Positions 20,147 through 31,042 of a stretch of DNA of 64,000 nucleotides are shown here, piece after piece. Where the stretch lies: contig CAVUDP010000002.1 in assembly GCA_963740315.1 (NCBI GenBank), positions 2,176,001 to 2,240,000 on the forward strand, written 5' to 3'. Source of the stretch: an uncultured cyanobacterium (GTDB lineage Bacteria > Cyanobacteriota > Cyanobacteriia > Cyanobacteriales > Nostocaceae). Position 1 is the first letter of the stretch. Each line of letters opens with the position of its first letter. A program made the translations under genes and the position numbers. The notes beneath the pieces were generated by a model. The model did no database searches and had not been told where the DNA came from. It saw only the letters and a program-made list of their open reading frames with translations.

Positions 20147-21125
20147 ATGAGCAAGGAAGAATTAGAAAGAGCCGATAATGATTCACCCTGGAAAGAGATT
20201 AAAGACAGCATATTTTCCCCAAGCGATGCAGTTTTTCTTCCCCCAAACAGCAGCGTTGATAGACTGGAAACGTCCCCACGAGTTTCTCGACAAGGAATTT
20301 CAACAAATTGCTCGTGGAGCCGAACAGGGTAGGAGATATGCGGATAAATTAGTTAAAGTTTGGCATATCAATGGAAAAGAGATTTGGTTGTTAATTCATG
20401 TAGAAATTCAAGGCAAACCGGAAGATATCTTTTCCCAAAGGATGTTTACCTATAACCTACGAATTTTTGACAAATTCTCCAAACCAGCGATTAGCCTAGC
20501 AATATTGTGCGACACCGACGCAAATTGGCGACCAAATCAATACAGCTATGATTTTCCCGATTGTAGCCTGCACTTTAGATTTGGAAGCGTGAAACTTCTC
20601 GATTATCAAAACCGTTGGACAGAATTAGAAGCCAGCGATAACCCATTTGCAACGGTGGTAATGGCACATTTAAAAACACAGCAAACCACTAAAAAATTAG
20701 GAGAGCGAAAAATTTGGAAATTCAGCTTAATTCGGCGATTGTACGAACAGGGAATGCAAGAAAAGGATATTCGTAACCTTTACCGATTTATCGATTGGGT
20801 TATGATTTTACCAAAAGCATTGGAAGCGGAGTTTTGGCAAGAATTTAAAGAATTTGAACAGGAGCGAACTATGAGTTACATTACCACTGGGGAGCGCATT
20901 GGTTACGAGCGGGGGAAAGAAGAAGGAAAAGAAGAAGGTAAGCAACAAGGTAAGCAACAAGGTGAGCAAAATCTTGTTATACGACAACTACAAAGACGTG
21001 TAGGAGAATTACCGCAAGAGGTAATTGAAGAAATTCAAGCTCTTTCCCTAGAGCGATTAGAAGCACTTGGTGAAGCTTTATTAGATTTTACAACGATGGA
21101 TGATTTGCTTAACTGGCTGCGTTAA
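20147..21125 (+). pseudogene. Rpn-family PD-(D/E)XK nuclease with DUF4351 tail, +1 frameshift near 20200
   Basis: DNDSPWKEI in one frame continues as AYFPQAMQFFFP in the next; YADKLVKV and IHVEIQ motifs; C-terminal LEALGEALLDF...L.NWL. Confidence 0.82.
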
Positions 21126-21415
21126 AACTGTTTAAAATAAAACCGGGTTTATTATCTAAAATTCATTAATTAAATCCGGTTTATTATTTTATAAAAAAGT
21201 GATAGTTGCAATCCAACCGAAAAGCAACTATCATCACATTTACCTTACCTAGAAGCAACCCGATTAACTAATGAATTAAGGAGTGACTGTTTCGGTGTGA
21301 ATCCAAAATTACATATTTCCACCGATAATGTCATCGGTTTCGAGCAGCCTTTATCAAAACAAAATACTCAAAAATACGGTTGTCGAATAAATAAATTATC
21401 TCAAACTCTTGTTAA

Positions 21416-21632
21416 AGGTTCGTAGTAAGGGCTTAAGCCCTATCCTCTGAGGATTAAAATCCTTACTACGAACCTTAATAAAACTAATTTCCCCAGTAGT
21501 AAGGGCTTAAGCCCTATCCTCTGAGGATTAAAATCCTTACTACGAACCTTAATAAAACTAATTTCCCCAGTAGTAAGGGCTTAAGCCCTATCCTCTGAGG
21601 ATTAAAATCCTTACTACGAACCTTAATAAAAA
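21416..21632. repeat. 3 x 74-bp tandem of a palindromic GTAG-type REP-like unit
   Basis: GTAGTAAGGGCTTAAGCCC...ATCCTTACTACGAACC at 21422, 21496 and 21570 with identical linkers. Confidence 0.92.
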
Positions 21633-21729
21633 TAATTACCCAAAAACATATTTCTGATATTGCCGTATCAGGTACTAATTGTTAACCTCTACATTAGTTA
21701 CTCAAACGGGATAAAAAAGCACTCAGAAT

Positions 21730-24216
21730 ATGTACTCACCAAAATCATCACGAAACCGGAGGCTGATACACAGAAGAAGATTCAAATTCAGAATACTTGT
21801 AATTATACTTACTCTTTGTTTTCTAACTTCCTTACTTTTAGCCAATCAACTAAGTAATTACGCAATCCATTCCCAACAAAGCTTTAATCAACCGCAGTAC
21901 TATCCTTTAACGCAAACCGTCGATCCAAAGTTTTATCAACCGATCGCTAACTGGGTAGGAAGATTAATTTTACCCAAACGGCAAGAAATCAAACTTAATT
22001 CCAATTCCGACTGGGTATGGTTTGAAGTTCAACAAGCACCTCCAGAAACAGAACTTATTGGAAAAATAGTCCGCTTGGAATGGAAACAACCGCAGCTAAA
22101 ATCCTACGTCAAAGCAGTTACAAGAGACGTTAACTTCACACCCGCAACTTTAGCAAGTCAGAAACAAGGAAACATTCATCCCCAAAGATTAAATAATAAT
22201 TCCCAAGTTACACCATTGCGATCGCTCGCAGGTGCAAGACCAAATGATGATGTAATTGTTACTTTGGATGATGCTGAAGTTATACAAACTAACGATGTGC
22301 AAATTTTACAAATCAAAGAAGAACCCGTTTTAGCTACCGGACGCTTTTACGGTTTAGTAGATATCGAATCAAATAACAAAGAATTATTCCAAGTTCGCCA
22401 CTATAACCCAGATAGCGGTAATTTTATTAACGGCGAACAAGAAACGATTTACATTCCCCAACAAGTTGTAGATACTCGAAACATTCCTCCATCAACAACG
22501 AATAAATTAGCAGAATCGACGGTAACTAAAGGATGGTATATTTACGGAGCTAAAAATAAAAAAGGTATATTTACCGCCCAAGCATTAGCGCCGCGCTCTT
22601 TATTCCAACTGCAACCCGACGCAATAATTTTAAACCCGGAAACCGCACAAAATTATCTAAAAAAGTATTGGGAGATTACCCCTGAAGATAAAGGTAAACT
22701 AACAAGAACTTTAATCGATCCCACCTCAACTGAATCTGAATATCCAACTACCAAATGGCGAGAAGGAGACAAAGCTATAGTATTAAACCTTTTTGGCGGC
22801 ATTGGTGGCGAAAAAGCCGAATCTTTGGGTGTACCAAAAACCATTACCGGACACTTTGCATTTGGTATAGCTGAAATAGTCCGCAGCCCTTTCACGAAAG
22901 AATTAGAATTTAAGATCAAATATCATCAAATTTACGCTCATAACAGTGATGGGATCGTTTCCGGAACGCATACTTGGGCTGACTACATGGGTAACTTGCA
23001 GCGGGGATGGCTTGCAACTCGTCCAGTTGTGGATATTCTAGTAAAATTCGATCCGGTTATCCAAGATTATAATTTTGATGACATCACCATCTCGCCATTA
23101 AACGAATTTGAACGTCAACTACAAATAATGATGGCAAGGTATCGGGTAGGAGATGGAACTGGAAATGCCACCGTCACACCAGCAACTTCCTGCATTCAAG
23201 ACTCTTCTCAAGCACTTTACGCTGCGATCGCAATTACAAGAAGGCAAATAAAATCAAATCCAAAAATTCAAAGTTGGTTGCAACAACATCCCAATCATCC
23301 GCAAACCTTACGCTTTCAACAACTCAACAGCTTAAGTTCGGCATTAGAAAAACAACTGCTACCATTAGGAATAGTACGTGCCGACTGGGAAAGCAGTGTA
23401 GATATTTTAGCGGGAATCGGTGATACCAAAGAACCTTTTAGAGATTCCAGCATTTGGGCTGCATTAACAAGTTGGCGAACAATGATGCCCAGACAAGCAC
23501 AGGATGAACTCGCAACTTTATTCTGGAAACAAAAAGCAAAATTATGGTTTCTCCAAACTTATCAAGTCGGAGGATGGAACCCAGAAATTACACCTTTGGC
23601 ACCTACCCCCTTACTCGGTGAAATAAAACTTCCTTTTACCAACGTGCCGATAATTTCAATTCTGCTCAACCGCATCCTAGCTTCTCTGACAATTCCAACT
23701 TGGCATGATTGGTTAATTGCAACTCTGGCAATTTTAACTTTTACAACCATAACGCTACCGTTAGGCTTCTCTACCGGATTTTTGCGCTTTCAAATTTGGC
23801 AGGCTAAACCCATAGAATATTTTCTGTTAGCACTACGCTGTTTAATTACACCCGCGATTACAGAAGAATTATTTTTCCGAGTTTTATTTCTTCCCCATCC
23901 CACGGAAGCAGCCAACTGGCAAAAATGGAGTATATGGGCAGCATTAAGTTTACTCATATTCATTCTTTACCACCCACTCAACGCCAAAACCCTTTATAAA
24001 GATGGATATCCCACCTTTTTTGATCCTATTTTTCTCATTTTGGCAACCCTCTTAGGAATCACCTGCACCATAACCTACGCGATCGCAGGTTCAGCATGGA
24101 TAATTATCTTCATACATTGGGTAGTAGTAGTACTTTGGCTGGCTTTCTTCGGAGGAATCGATAAATTAAAGCATAAACGAGAGATGCAAAAAGAATTAAA
24201 TACTACAAATTCCTAA
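21730..24216 (+). CDS. CPBP (CAAX/Abi) intramembrane protease with a large N-terminal soluble domain
   Basis: EELFFR, FILYH and IHW motifs in the C-terminal TM region. Confidence 0.85.
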   Translation: MYSPKSSRNRRLIHRRRFKFRILVIILTLCFLTSLLLANQLSNYAIHSQQSFNQPQYYPLTQTVDPKFYQPIANWVGRLILPKRQEIKLNSNSDWVWFEVQQAPPETELIGKIVRLEWKQPQLKSYVKAVTRDVNFTPATLASQKQGNIHPQRLNNNSQVTPLRSLAGARPNDDVIVTLDDAEVIQTNDVQILQIKEEPVLATGRFYGLVDIESNNKELFQVRHYNPDSGNFINGEQETIYIPQQVVDTRNIPPSTTNKLAESTVTKGWYIYGAKNKKGIFTAQALAPRSLFQLQPDAIILNPETAQNYLKKYWEITPEDKGKLTRTLIDPTSTESEYPTTKWREGDKAIVLNLFGGIGGEKAESLGVPKTITGHFAFGIAEIVRSPFTKELEFKIKYHQIYAHNSDGIVSGTHTWADYMGNLQRGWLATRPVVDILVKFDPVIQDYNFDDITISPLNEFERQLQIMMARYRVGDGTGNATVTPATSCIQDSSQALYAAIAITRRQIKSNPKIQSWLQQHPNHPQTLRFQQLNSLSSALEKQLLPLGIVRADWESSVDILAGIGDTKEPFRDSSIWAALTSWRTMMPRQAQDELATLFWKQKAKLWFLQTYQVGGWNPEITPLAPTPLLGEIKLPFTNVPIISILLNRILASLTIPTWHDWLIATLAILTFTTITLPLGFSTGFLRFQIWQAKPIEYFLLALRCLITPAITEELFFRVLFLPHPTEAANWQKWSIWAALSLLIFILYHPLNAKTLYKDGYPTFFDPIFLILATLLGITCTITYAIAGSAWIIIFIHWVVVVLWLAFFGGIDKLKHKREMQKELNTTNS

Positions 24217-24724
24217 CAACTTTTGCCCATCCTGGGACGTAATTGTAAATATAAACCGTCAATCAAAAGACAATATATCTTCATAGATACTTTAAATATA
24301 TAGATAATTATTAAAAAATTATTAACAACATTAAAATTTGTAAAATGCATGACATTTAGCAAAATAGGTAATAGACTAAAATCGTAGTAGAAAACAGAAT
24401 TATTAAAGTGTAATCTAGCTTTAGTCTGAGTAAAAAACAGAATTATTTGGGGGAAATTCCATCTTAAGGTAGTACAGGCTAAGAAAGCATTTAATGTACG
24501 TTAAGATTAGGAAGTATATTTAGAACTTTACGTAATTTATTTATTTGTAAATCGGGAACTTTATCAAGTCTTTGTATTTCTGTAGTAACTAGAACAGTTT
24601 TTGACTGTATGGTGAAGTTAAATAAGCAATAGCGAAAGCAATATTAAGTAGAAAACTTCTTAATGCTTTTGTAAAATTACAGTCGGATTCATAGGAACAA
24701 TCTGAGGGGAAACTAGCAATAGTT

Positions 24725-25057
24725 ATGTTAGAAGCAATTAATAATTTTACAGACTTAAACAGTCAAGCGAAAAGTCAAAACCAATCAATGAAGCCAAAAT
24801 TTGACTTTTTACAGCCTTTACGTAAATGGCTAGATTCTCTAGAAATTCACAATCGGAAATTTGCACATTTTATTGCAAAACTTATTCCAGCCGATTGTCC
24901 ATTTGAACGAGATATCGTACTACTTGGACGTAAACTGGTTCATATACCACCTTTATGCAAAATAAATCCGCTTTACGAGCAATTCGTTAGTTTGCGTTTT
25001 AAGGCTTTATGTTATTTAGTAGATCAATGCGGTGAGGACATTCAGTCTTACTGTTAA
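24725..25057 (+). CDS. Mo-dependent nitrogenase C-terminal-like domain protein
   Basis: IPADCPFERD, HIPPLCKINPLYEQ and LRFKALCYL motifs of this cyanobacterial family. Confidence 0.85.
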   Translation: MLEAINNFTDLNSQAKSQNQSMKPKFDFLQPLRKWLDSLEIHNRKFAHFIAKLIPADCPFERDIVLLGRKLVHIPPLCKINPLYEQFVSLRFKALCYLVDQCGEDIQSYC

Positions 25058-25463
25058 AAGCTACTTTGAATAACAGTCTAGATATTGGTAAGAGAAATTG
25101 AGCGTCAGCCTTTTTAACAACTTCTTAATTGATTAGATGTTCTTAAATAGGAGATTTTGCAAAAAACAGCATCGAAATTTCCTTTGGGTTATGACGCTCA
25201 AGCAATTTGAGATAATAGTTAGTGGTTAGTGGTTAGTGGTTAGTGGTTAGTAGCTAGAAATTGAGATTGTAAAAAATACTCTTCATATATTTGCAGCTTT
25301 CTACATTAGCTGTATTTACTTTCTAAAAGATTTATCAAACATATTTGCGAATATAAATATTTAAAAGATCGGATTATATCGGCTTATAAATAATATAAAA
25401 AGTCTGATAAAGAGTTAGGGATCAAAGTAATTATATAATTAAACTCCGAGCAGTTAGAATTAT

Positions 25464-25559
25464 TCAGGATTTACACAGCGACACTGGAAAATATAATGTT
25501 CCAAATATTGCGATCGCCCCAACCCCCCGATTAATTGTGGGGTTTTGCATAAGTCCTAA
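25464..25559. mobile_element. MITE, AGGACTTACGCA-TIR family, copy 2
   Basis: Aligns along its length with the 15341 copy. Confidence 0.75.
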
Positions 25560-25841
25560 TTTACTTCCTTCCCACTCTAAAATTACTATGTCTCTCTAAC
25601 TCTTTCCTCTGTCTTGAAAAGTTGTACTCTTCGAGAAAGCCTCCGGCTCACATGGGGGATACCCTCAAGACCACACTTTCCTCTGCGCCCTCTGCGTCTC
25701 TGCGGTTTTTTAATCGGTAATTAAGGGTTCCCAACTTCTAGCTGGGAACCAGTTTTTATATGAGAATTTTGTATTCACAACCCCTTAAACCGCAGTCTCA
25801 TTCAAAATAGATAGTATTCACATCACACACAACATCAAAAA

Positions 25842-26585
25842 ATGTTACTGCATCTAAGCACCTGGCAAGAAGTTGAAATTTACTTAAAGCAATCTCAGGG
25901 TATTATTTTTCCTATAGGCTCCACCGAACAACATGGTCCAACGGGATTAATTGGTACCGATGCAATATGTGCGGAATCTTTAGCTCGTGGTGTTGGCGAA
26001 TCAACCCAAGCAATAGTTGCACCAACAATCAATATAGGAATGGCACTGCATCACACGGCATTTCCTGGCACGATTAGCTTGCGCCCCAGTACGATGATTC
26101 AAGTTGTCAAAGAATATGTAACCTGTTTGGCGAAAGCTGGTTTTACCAAGTTTTACTTTATCAATGGACACGGCGGTAACATGGCAACTCTCAAAGCTGC
26201 TTTTTCCGAAACATATTTTGATTTAGCAAGTTTGCAGATCCCCAATTCTGACAAAGTAAAATGCAAAGTTGGCAACTGGTTTATGTGCAGTACCGTATAC
26301 AAATTAGCTAAAGAATTATACGGAGACGAAGAAGGCTCTCACGCTACCCCTTCCGAAGTTGCCTTGACGCAATATGTATATCCAGAATCAATTAAACAAG
26401 CCGAGCTATCGCAAGAAGTAGGAAAAGGACACAGAATTTATGGTGCTGCTGACTTCCGCAAAAATTATCCCGACGGCAGAATGGGTTCAAATCCAGCATT
26501 AGCAACACCCGAACACGGCAAGCAATTTTACGATGCAGCAGTCAAAGAGTTGAGTAACGATTATCTCAAATTTTTGAATGAATGA
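25842..26585 (+). CDS. Creatininase family amidohydrolase
   Basis: GSTEQHGP, GTD, NGHGGN and HA..SE metal-binding motifs. Confidence 0.9.
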   Translation: MLLHLSTWQEVEIYLKQSQGIIFPIGSTEQHGPTGLIGTDAICAESLARGVGESTQAIVAPTINIGMALHHTAFPGTISLRPSTMIQVVKEYVTCLAKAGFTKFYFINGHGGNMATLKAAFSETYFDLASLQIPNSDKVKCKVGNWFMCSTVYKLAKELYGDEEGSHATPSEVALTQYVYPESIKQAELSQEVGKGHRIYGAADFRKNYPDGRMGSNPALATPEHGKQFYDAAVKELSNDYLKFLNE

Positions 26586-26708
26586 CTTGGGGATGGGGAA
26601 AAGGTTAAAGGTTAAAGGTTAAAGGTCAAAGGTGTAATAACTTCTTCCCCCTCTACCCCCTCTACCCCCTCTACCCCCTCTACCTCATCCCCCCATCCCC
26701 CTCCTCAT

Positions 26709-28100
26709 CTACCGTCGCGCAATATCTCCCTCACGTGCTGCACGCTGTACCGCACCTGCAACTACGCTCGATACTCGTTCGTCGAAGACTGAGGGGATGA
26801 TGTTTTCTTTGCTTAAATCTGACGGTTTGATTAAAGAGGCGATCGCGCTGGCTGCTTCAAGGTACATTGCTGTAGTAATGGTGGCTGCGCGACAATCTAA
26901 GGCACCGCGAAATACTCCGGGAAAGGCTAGTACGTTATTAATTTGATTTGGGTAGTCGCTGCGCCCGGTAGCGATTACGGCAACGTCATCTCTAACTAAC
27001 TCCGGTTGAACTTCTGGCACTGGATTCGCCATTGCAAATACGATTGCATCCTTTGCCATTGTTTTTACCATTTCCGGTGTTAAGACTCCTGGAGCGCTGA
27101 CACCGATAAATACATCCGCACCTTTTACCGCATCGGCTAACTTTCCCTGTGTTTTTACGGCGAATTCCCGCTTTTCTTGATTTAAGTCATTCCGGTTTGA
27201 AGAGACAATACCTTTGGAGTCACACATCCAAATTTGTTTTGCATGGGCAACGCGCAGTAACTTGGCGATCGCAACTCCAGCAGCTCCGGCACCGTTGATA
27301 ACAATGCGGATTTCTTCTATCGGCTTTTGTACCAATTTCAAAGCGTTGAATAATGCGGCTAAAGTGACGATCGCCGTACCGTGTTGATCGTCGTGAAACA
27401 CCGGAATATCTAATTCTTCCCTCAATCTGGCTTCAATTTCAAAGCAACGAGGTGCGGCAATATCTTCTAAATTCACACCCCCAAATACCGGAGCAATATT
27501 TTTCACTACACTGACAATTTCATCTGTATCTTGAGTTGCAAGGCAGATGGGGAAAGCATCGATACCCGCGAACTCTTTGAATAACATTGCTTTCCCTTCC
27601 ATAACTGGTAAAGCAGCTTCAGGTCCCAAATTACCCAAACCTAAAATAGCACTACCATCAGTAACAATAGCAACAGTATTTTGCTTAATCGTTAAGTTGT
27701 AAACTTCCTCTGGATTTTGGGCGATCGCGCTGCAAATGCGTCCCACACCGGGAGTGTAAGCCATTGCCAAATCGGATATACTCTTGAGTTGAATTCTGCT
27801 GGCAATACTAATTTTACCGCCGCGATGTAAATCGAAAGTACGGTCATAGACATCTATAACCTTAATAACCGGCAACGATTTAACCGCTTGGATAATATTG
27901 TCAGCGTGTTCCGTACTTGCAGCATCAACGGTGATATCGCGAATCGAAACTTGTCTGCTCTGCTCAATTAAATCAATTCGACCGAGATTACCGCCAGTCG
28001 ATGCGATCGCGTTAGTAACACTAGCGAACATCCCGATACGATTGGGAATTTCCAAACGTAGCGTCAAACTAAAACTAGAATTAGGTGTAAGGTCTGCCAT
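26709..28100 (-). CDS. Malic enzyme with N-terminal ACT domain
   Basis: AYTPGV, VMEGKAMLFK, NLEDIAAP, FHDDQHGTA, GAGAAG, NQINNVLAFPG. Confidence 0.93.
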   Translation of the reverse strand: MADLTPNSSFSLTLRLEIPNRIGMFASVTNAIASTGGNLGRIDLIEQSRQVSIRDITVDAASTEHADNIIQAVKSLPVIKVIDVYDRTFDLHRGGKISIASRIQLKSISDLAMAYTPGVGRICSAIAQNPEEVYNLTIKQNTVAIVTDGSAILGLGNLGPEAALPVMEGKAMLFKEFAGIDAFPICLATQDTDEIVSVVKNIAPVFGGVNLEDIAAPRCFEIEARLREELDIPVFHDDQHGTAIVTLAALFNALKLVQKPIEEIRIVINGAGAAGVAIAKLLRVAHAKQIWMCDSKGIVSSNRNDLNQEKREFAVKTQGKLADAVKGADVFIGVSAPGVLTPEMVKTMAKDAIVFAMANPVPEVQPELVRDDVAVIATGRSDYPNQINNVLAFPGVFRGALDCRAATITTAMYLEAASAIASLIKPSDLSKENIIPSVFDERVSSVVAGAVQRAAREGDIARR

Positions 28101-28268
28101 TGTTAAGTAGGTAGATGACGAAATATAAGCTTATTAAATTAAGGTTAAAGGTTAAAGGTTAAAGGTCAAAGGTTAGGAGTTAGGATTTGGGAGCTATAAA
28201 TTTCAATCAGGGGGCGAGACGCGAATACTACTACTTTTTAGGAATGACCACAACTGGTACATTTTTCT

Positions 28269-28333
28269 TGTAGGGTGTGTGACGCGATGAAAGAATTTGA
28301 ACGTAGCAATAAGTTTTGTAGCGTCACGCACCA
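28269..28333. repeat. GTAG-type REP-like palindrome
   Basis: GTAGGGTGTGTGACGC...GCGTCACGCACC. Confidence 0.6.
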
Positions 28334-28487
28334 TCAACCATTTGTGACAATATTGTAAGTCCTGCTTATTTGGAATATAATCCTCACAATCAAATTAAAA
28401 CGTAGCTATCTTCCCAACCTTGCTCGCCATCCTCTAAATTGTAAAACTCTTGTGGGATAGGCATGGCTTGCCCCGTTTAACTATCTG

Positions 28488-28579
28488 AGGACTTACGCAA
28501 CCAGAACTAAAAAACTGGTGTTCCACGAATTTCAATCCCCCCAACCCCCCTTATAAAAGGGGGGCTTTGCGTAAGTCCA
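28488..28579. mobile_element. MITE, AGGACTTACGCA-TIR family, copy 3, with target-site duplication
   Basis: AGGACTTACGCA...TGCGTAAGTCC flanked on both sides by ACTATCTG. Confidence 0.8.
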
Positions 28580-28689
28580 ACTATCTGTCACAAATATAAA
28601 AAATAGATAGCATTCATTTACCTGTATGTGAATTTACGTATAAAAATTAAAACAATAGTTACTTTCGTTAAATAAAAACTTGATATATT

Positions 28690-30966
28690 TTAATTAAATG
28701 TATTTAACTTAATAGCTAACTCTTCATCCGTATGATGAGGAAGATGATGGGATTGAGTTGTTGTAATCGGTATCTCAATGCAAAATTCGGTTCCTTGTCC
28801 AACTTTAGATATGCACTTGATACGCCCGTTATGCTTGTCTTGAATAATTTGATAGCTTATTGATAAACCTAAACCCGTACCATCACCAACTGGTTTAGTT
28901 GTAAAGAAAGGATTAAAGATTTTCTGGATGACATCTTCTGGTATTCCAGTTCCATTGTCTTTAATACAAATGCTTACCCAATCTGGTTCGAGTAGTTGTG
29001 TCGTAACTGTAATTTTCATCGGGTTAAGACTTTGTTCTTCGGGAGATTGCTTTTTATAATTTTCGCGCAATGCATCAATAGCATTACCAATTAGGTTCAT
29101 AAACACTTGGTTTAATTGACCTGGATAGCATTCTATTTTCGGCAATTCCGCATAGTTTTTTACTAATTCAATTCCAGGGTTTTCTCCGCTAGCTTTGATG
29201 CGATTTTGTAAAATAACGATGGTACTATCAATACCTTCATGAATATCAGCAAACTTCATTTCTGCTTCATCGAGCCTAGAGAAATTACGTAATGTTCGGA
29301 CAATTTCACGAATGCGATCGGCTCCCATTTCCATTGAAGATAACAACCTGGGTAAATCTTCTAACATATAGTTCAGGTCGATCTCTTCGATAAATTTTTC
29401 AATTTCGGGATCGGTATTTTTACTATGTTTTTTATAGAGATTAACTAAAGCAGTAAGATCCTCGAAGTAGTTGCTTGCGTGAGAAAGATTACCGTAGATG
29501 AAATTAACCGGATTATTAATTTCGTGAGCAACTCCAGCTACAAGTTCACCAAGACTCGACATTTTTTCAGTTTGAACCAGTTGCGCTTGAGTTTGCTGTA
29601 ATTCTTGCAAAGCTTGGCTGAGTTTCTTGGCTTGAGTTTCAGCAACAACTGCTGCATTTCGAGTTTGCGAGTATAATTCGGCTTGATCTATCGCGATCGC
29701 CAATTGGTTAGCGACTAACTGTAACAACTCGGCTTCATCATTATCCCAAAGTCGAGGTTTATTGCATTCACAGACAATAACACCAATTTGACCCGAACGA
29801 GTCCGTCAAAAAGCGATTAATAAAGAAGAAATTCCTAAATATGTGAGTAATCCTTGGCTTTTACTATCAAGTTGATTATCTGTAGCGACATCATCTATAC
29901 GTAACAATTTTAAATCTTTTAAATGTTGCTCTAAAGTTTGCATTTGCCAAATAGTTTCATCTTGGCTAACATTATTTGAATATTCCGATTCGCAAGCTTC
30001 ATGACAAAGTTCAAAATGAGGAGGGTTATCCTCACTCATAGAACACCAAAGAAATTTACACTGAGTAATACCAAACAAATCTCGGATTTCTTCAACTGCT
30101 GTTTCTAGAACCTTTTCTAATTCCAAAGAATTGCGAATTTCGCTAGCTAAATAGTTGAGTAATTCTCGACGTTCGGCTGTTTTTTCTAAGCGACGTTGGT
30201 TTAACTGAATTCTAACAGCCATTTTGTCAAAAGCAGATGAAAGCTGAGCTAATTCATCCGAACCGTTTAATTTACTTCTGACCTTTAAATTTCCTTGAGC
30301 CAAACTGTTAGTAGCCTTGAGTAATTTTACGGCTCGATTAGTAAGAGTTTTTTCAAAAAATATCCATACTAGAAGACAAGAAAGAGCAACAACACCAGAA
30401 GCTTCAAGCGATCGCTGCAATGCATCAGCATTAGTGCGTTGTTTTAACAGAGAAATATCATATTCAAGTACAAGAACTCCTACTTTTGTCGGACGAACTT
30501 CACCAGGTAGAGAACCTAAGACTACAGGATACATTGCCTGTATGCTATTTTTATTTTTAGATAATATTACTTCCCCAGACATCCTTGCTCGAACTTTGTT
30601 TAGTTGCGTCATGTATTTAGCAGCTTTAGTACGATCGACTTGCTGATTTCGCAATTCATAGCGGGTTGCCAAAAGAATATTATTGTTTTGATCACCAAGA
30701 ATTGCTAACTTAATTGTAGGGTCGCCACCTAATTTGCTAATAACTAATTCAGCCCCTTCAATATCTCCCTTACGGAAAAGATACTCCAGCGTTCCAGAAG
30801 TTTGATCCCCAGAAAAACGTGCTTGATCGATCGCCTGTTTTTCTTTTCGTGCCGACGAAAGCGATACATCTCTTTGAAACGAAAATACACTTAATACGGT
30901 GCCAAATATTAATAAAATTACCGGAATAGAGAACCGTAAAGGTAAAGGAATAGGGAACTTTTTCAT
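28690..30966 (-). pseudogene. Membrane sensor histidine kinase (TM-periplasmic-TM-HAMP-GAF-HisKA-HATPase) interrupted by one in-frame TGA at 29806-29808
   Basis: The two ORFs share a frame: SSLLIAF*RTRSGQIGVIVCE...WDNDEAELLQLVANQLAIAIDQA. HAMP DELAQLSSAFDKM; H-box AHEINNP; G-boxes DNGTGI and GTGLGLS. Confidence 0.88.
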
Positions 30967-31042
30967 GATGCTACCTGATATGAATATTTCCAAGTTGAGC
31001 AAAAAAAATCTAGCCGGAAGTAATATTTTTTATAGATAAAGA

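Noticed and set aside
21416..21632. CRISPR array
   Set aside because: The would-be spacers are identical; it is a tandem REP-like repeat
24725..25057. Nitrogenase gene
   Set aside because: Only the small misleadingly named domain is present; no nif genes in the window
29806..29808. Selenocysteine codon in the kinase
   Set aside because: Not an obvious Cys-equivalent position in GAF and no SECIS-like hairpin recognised downstream
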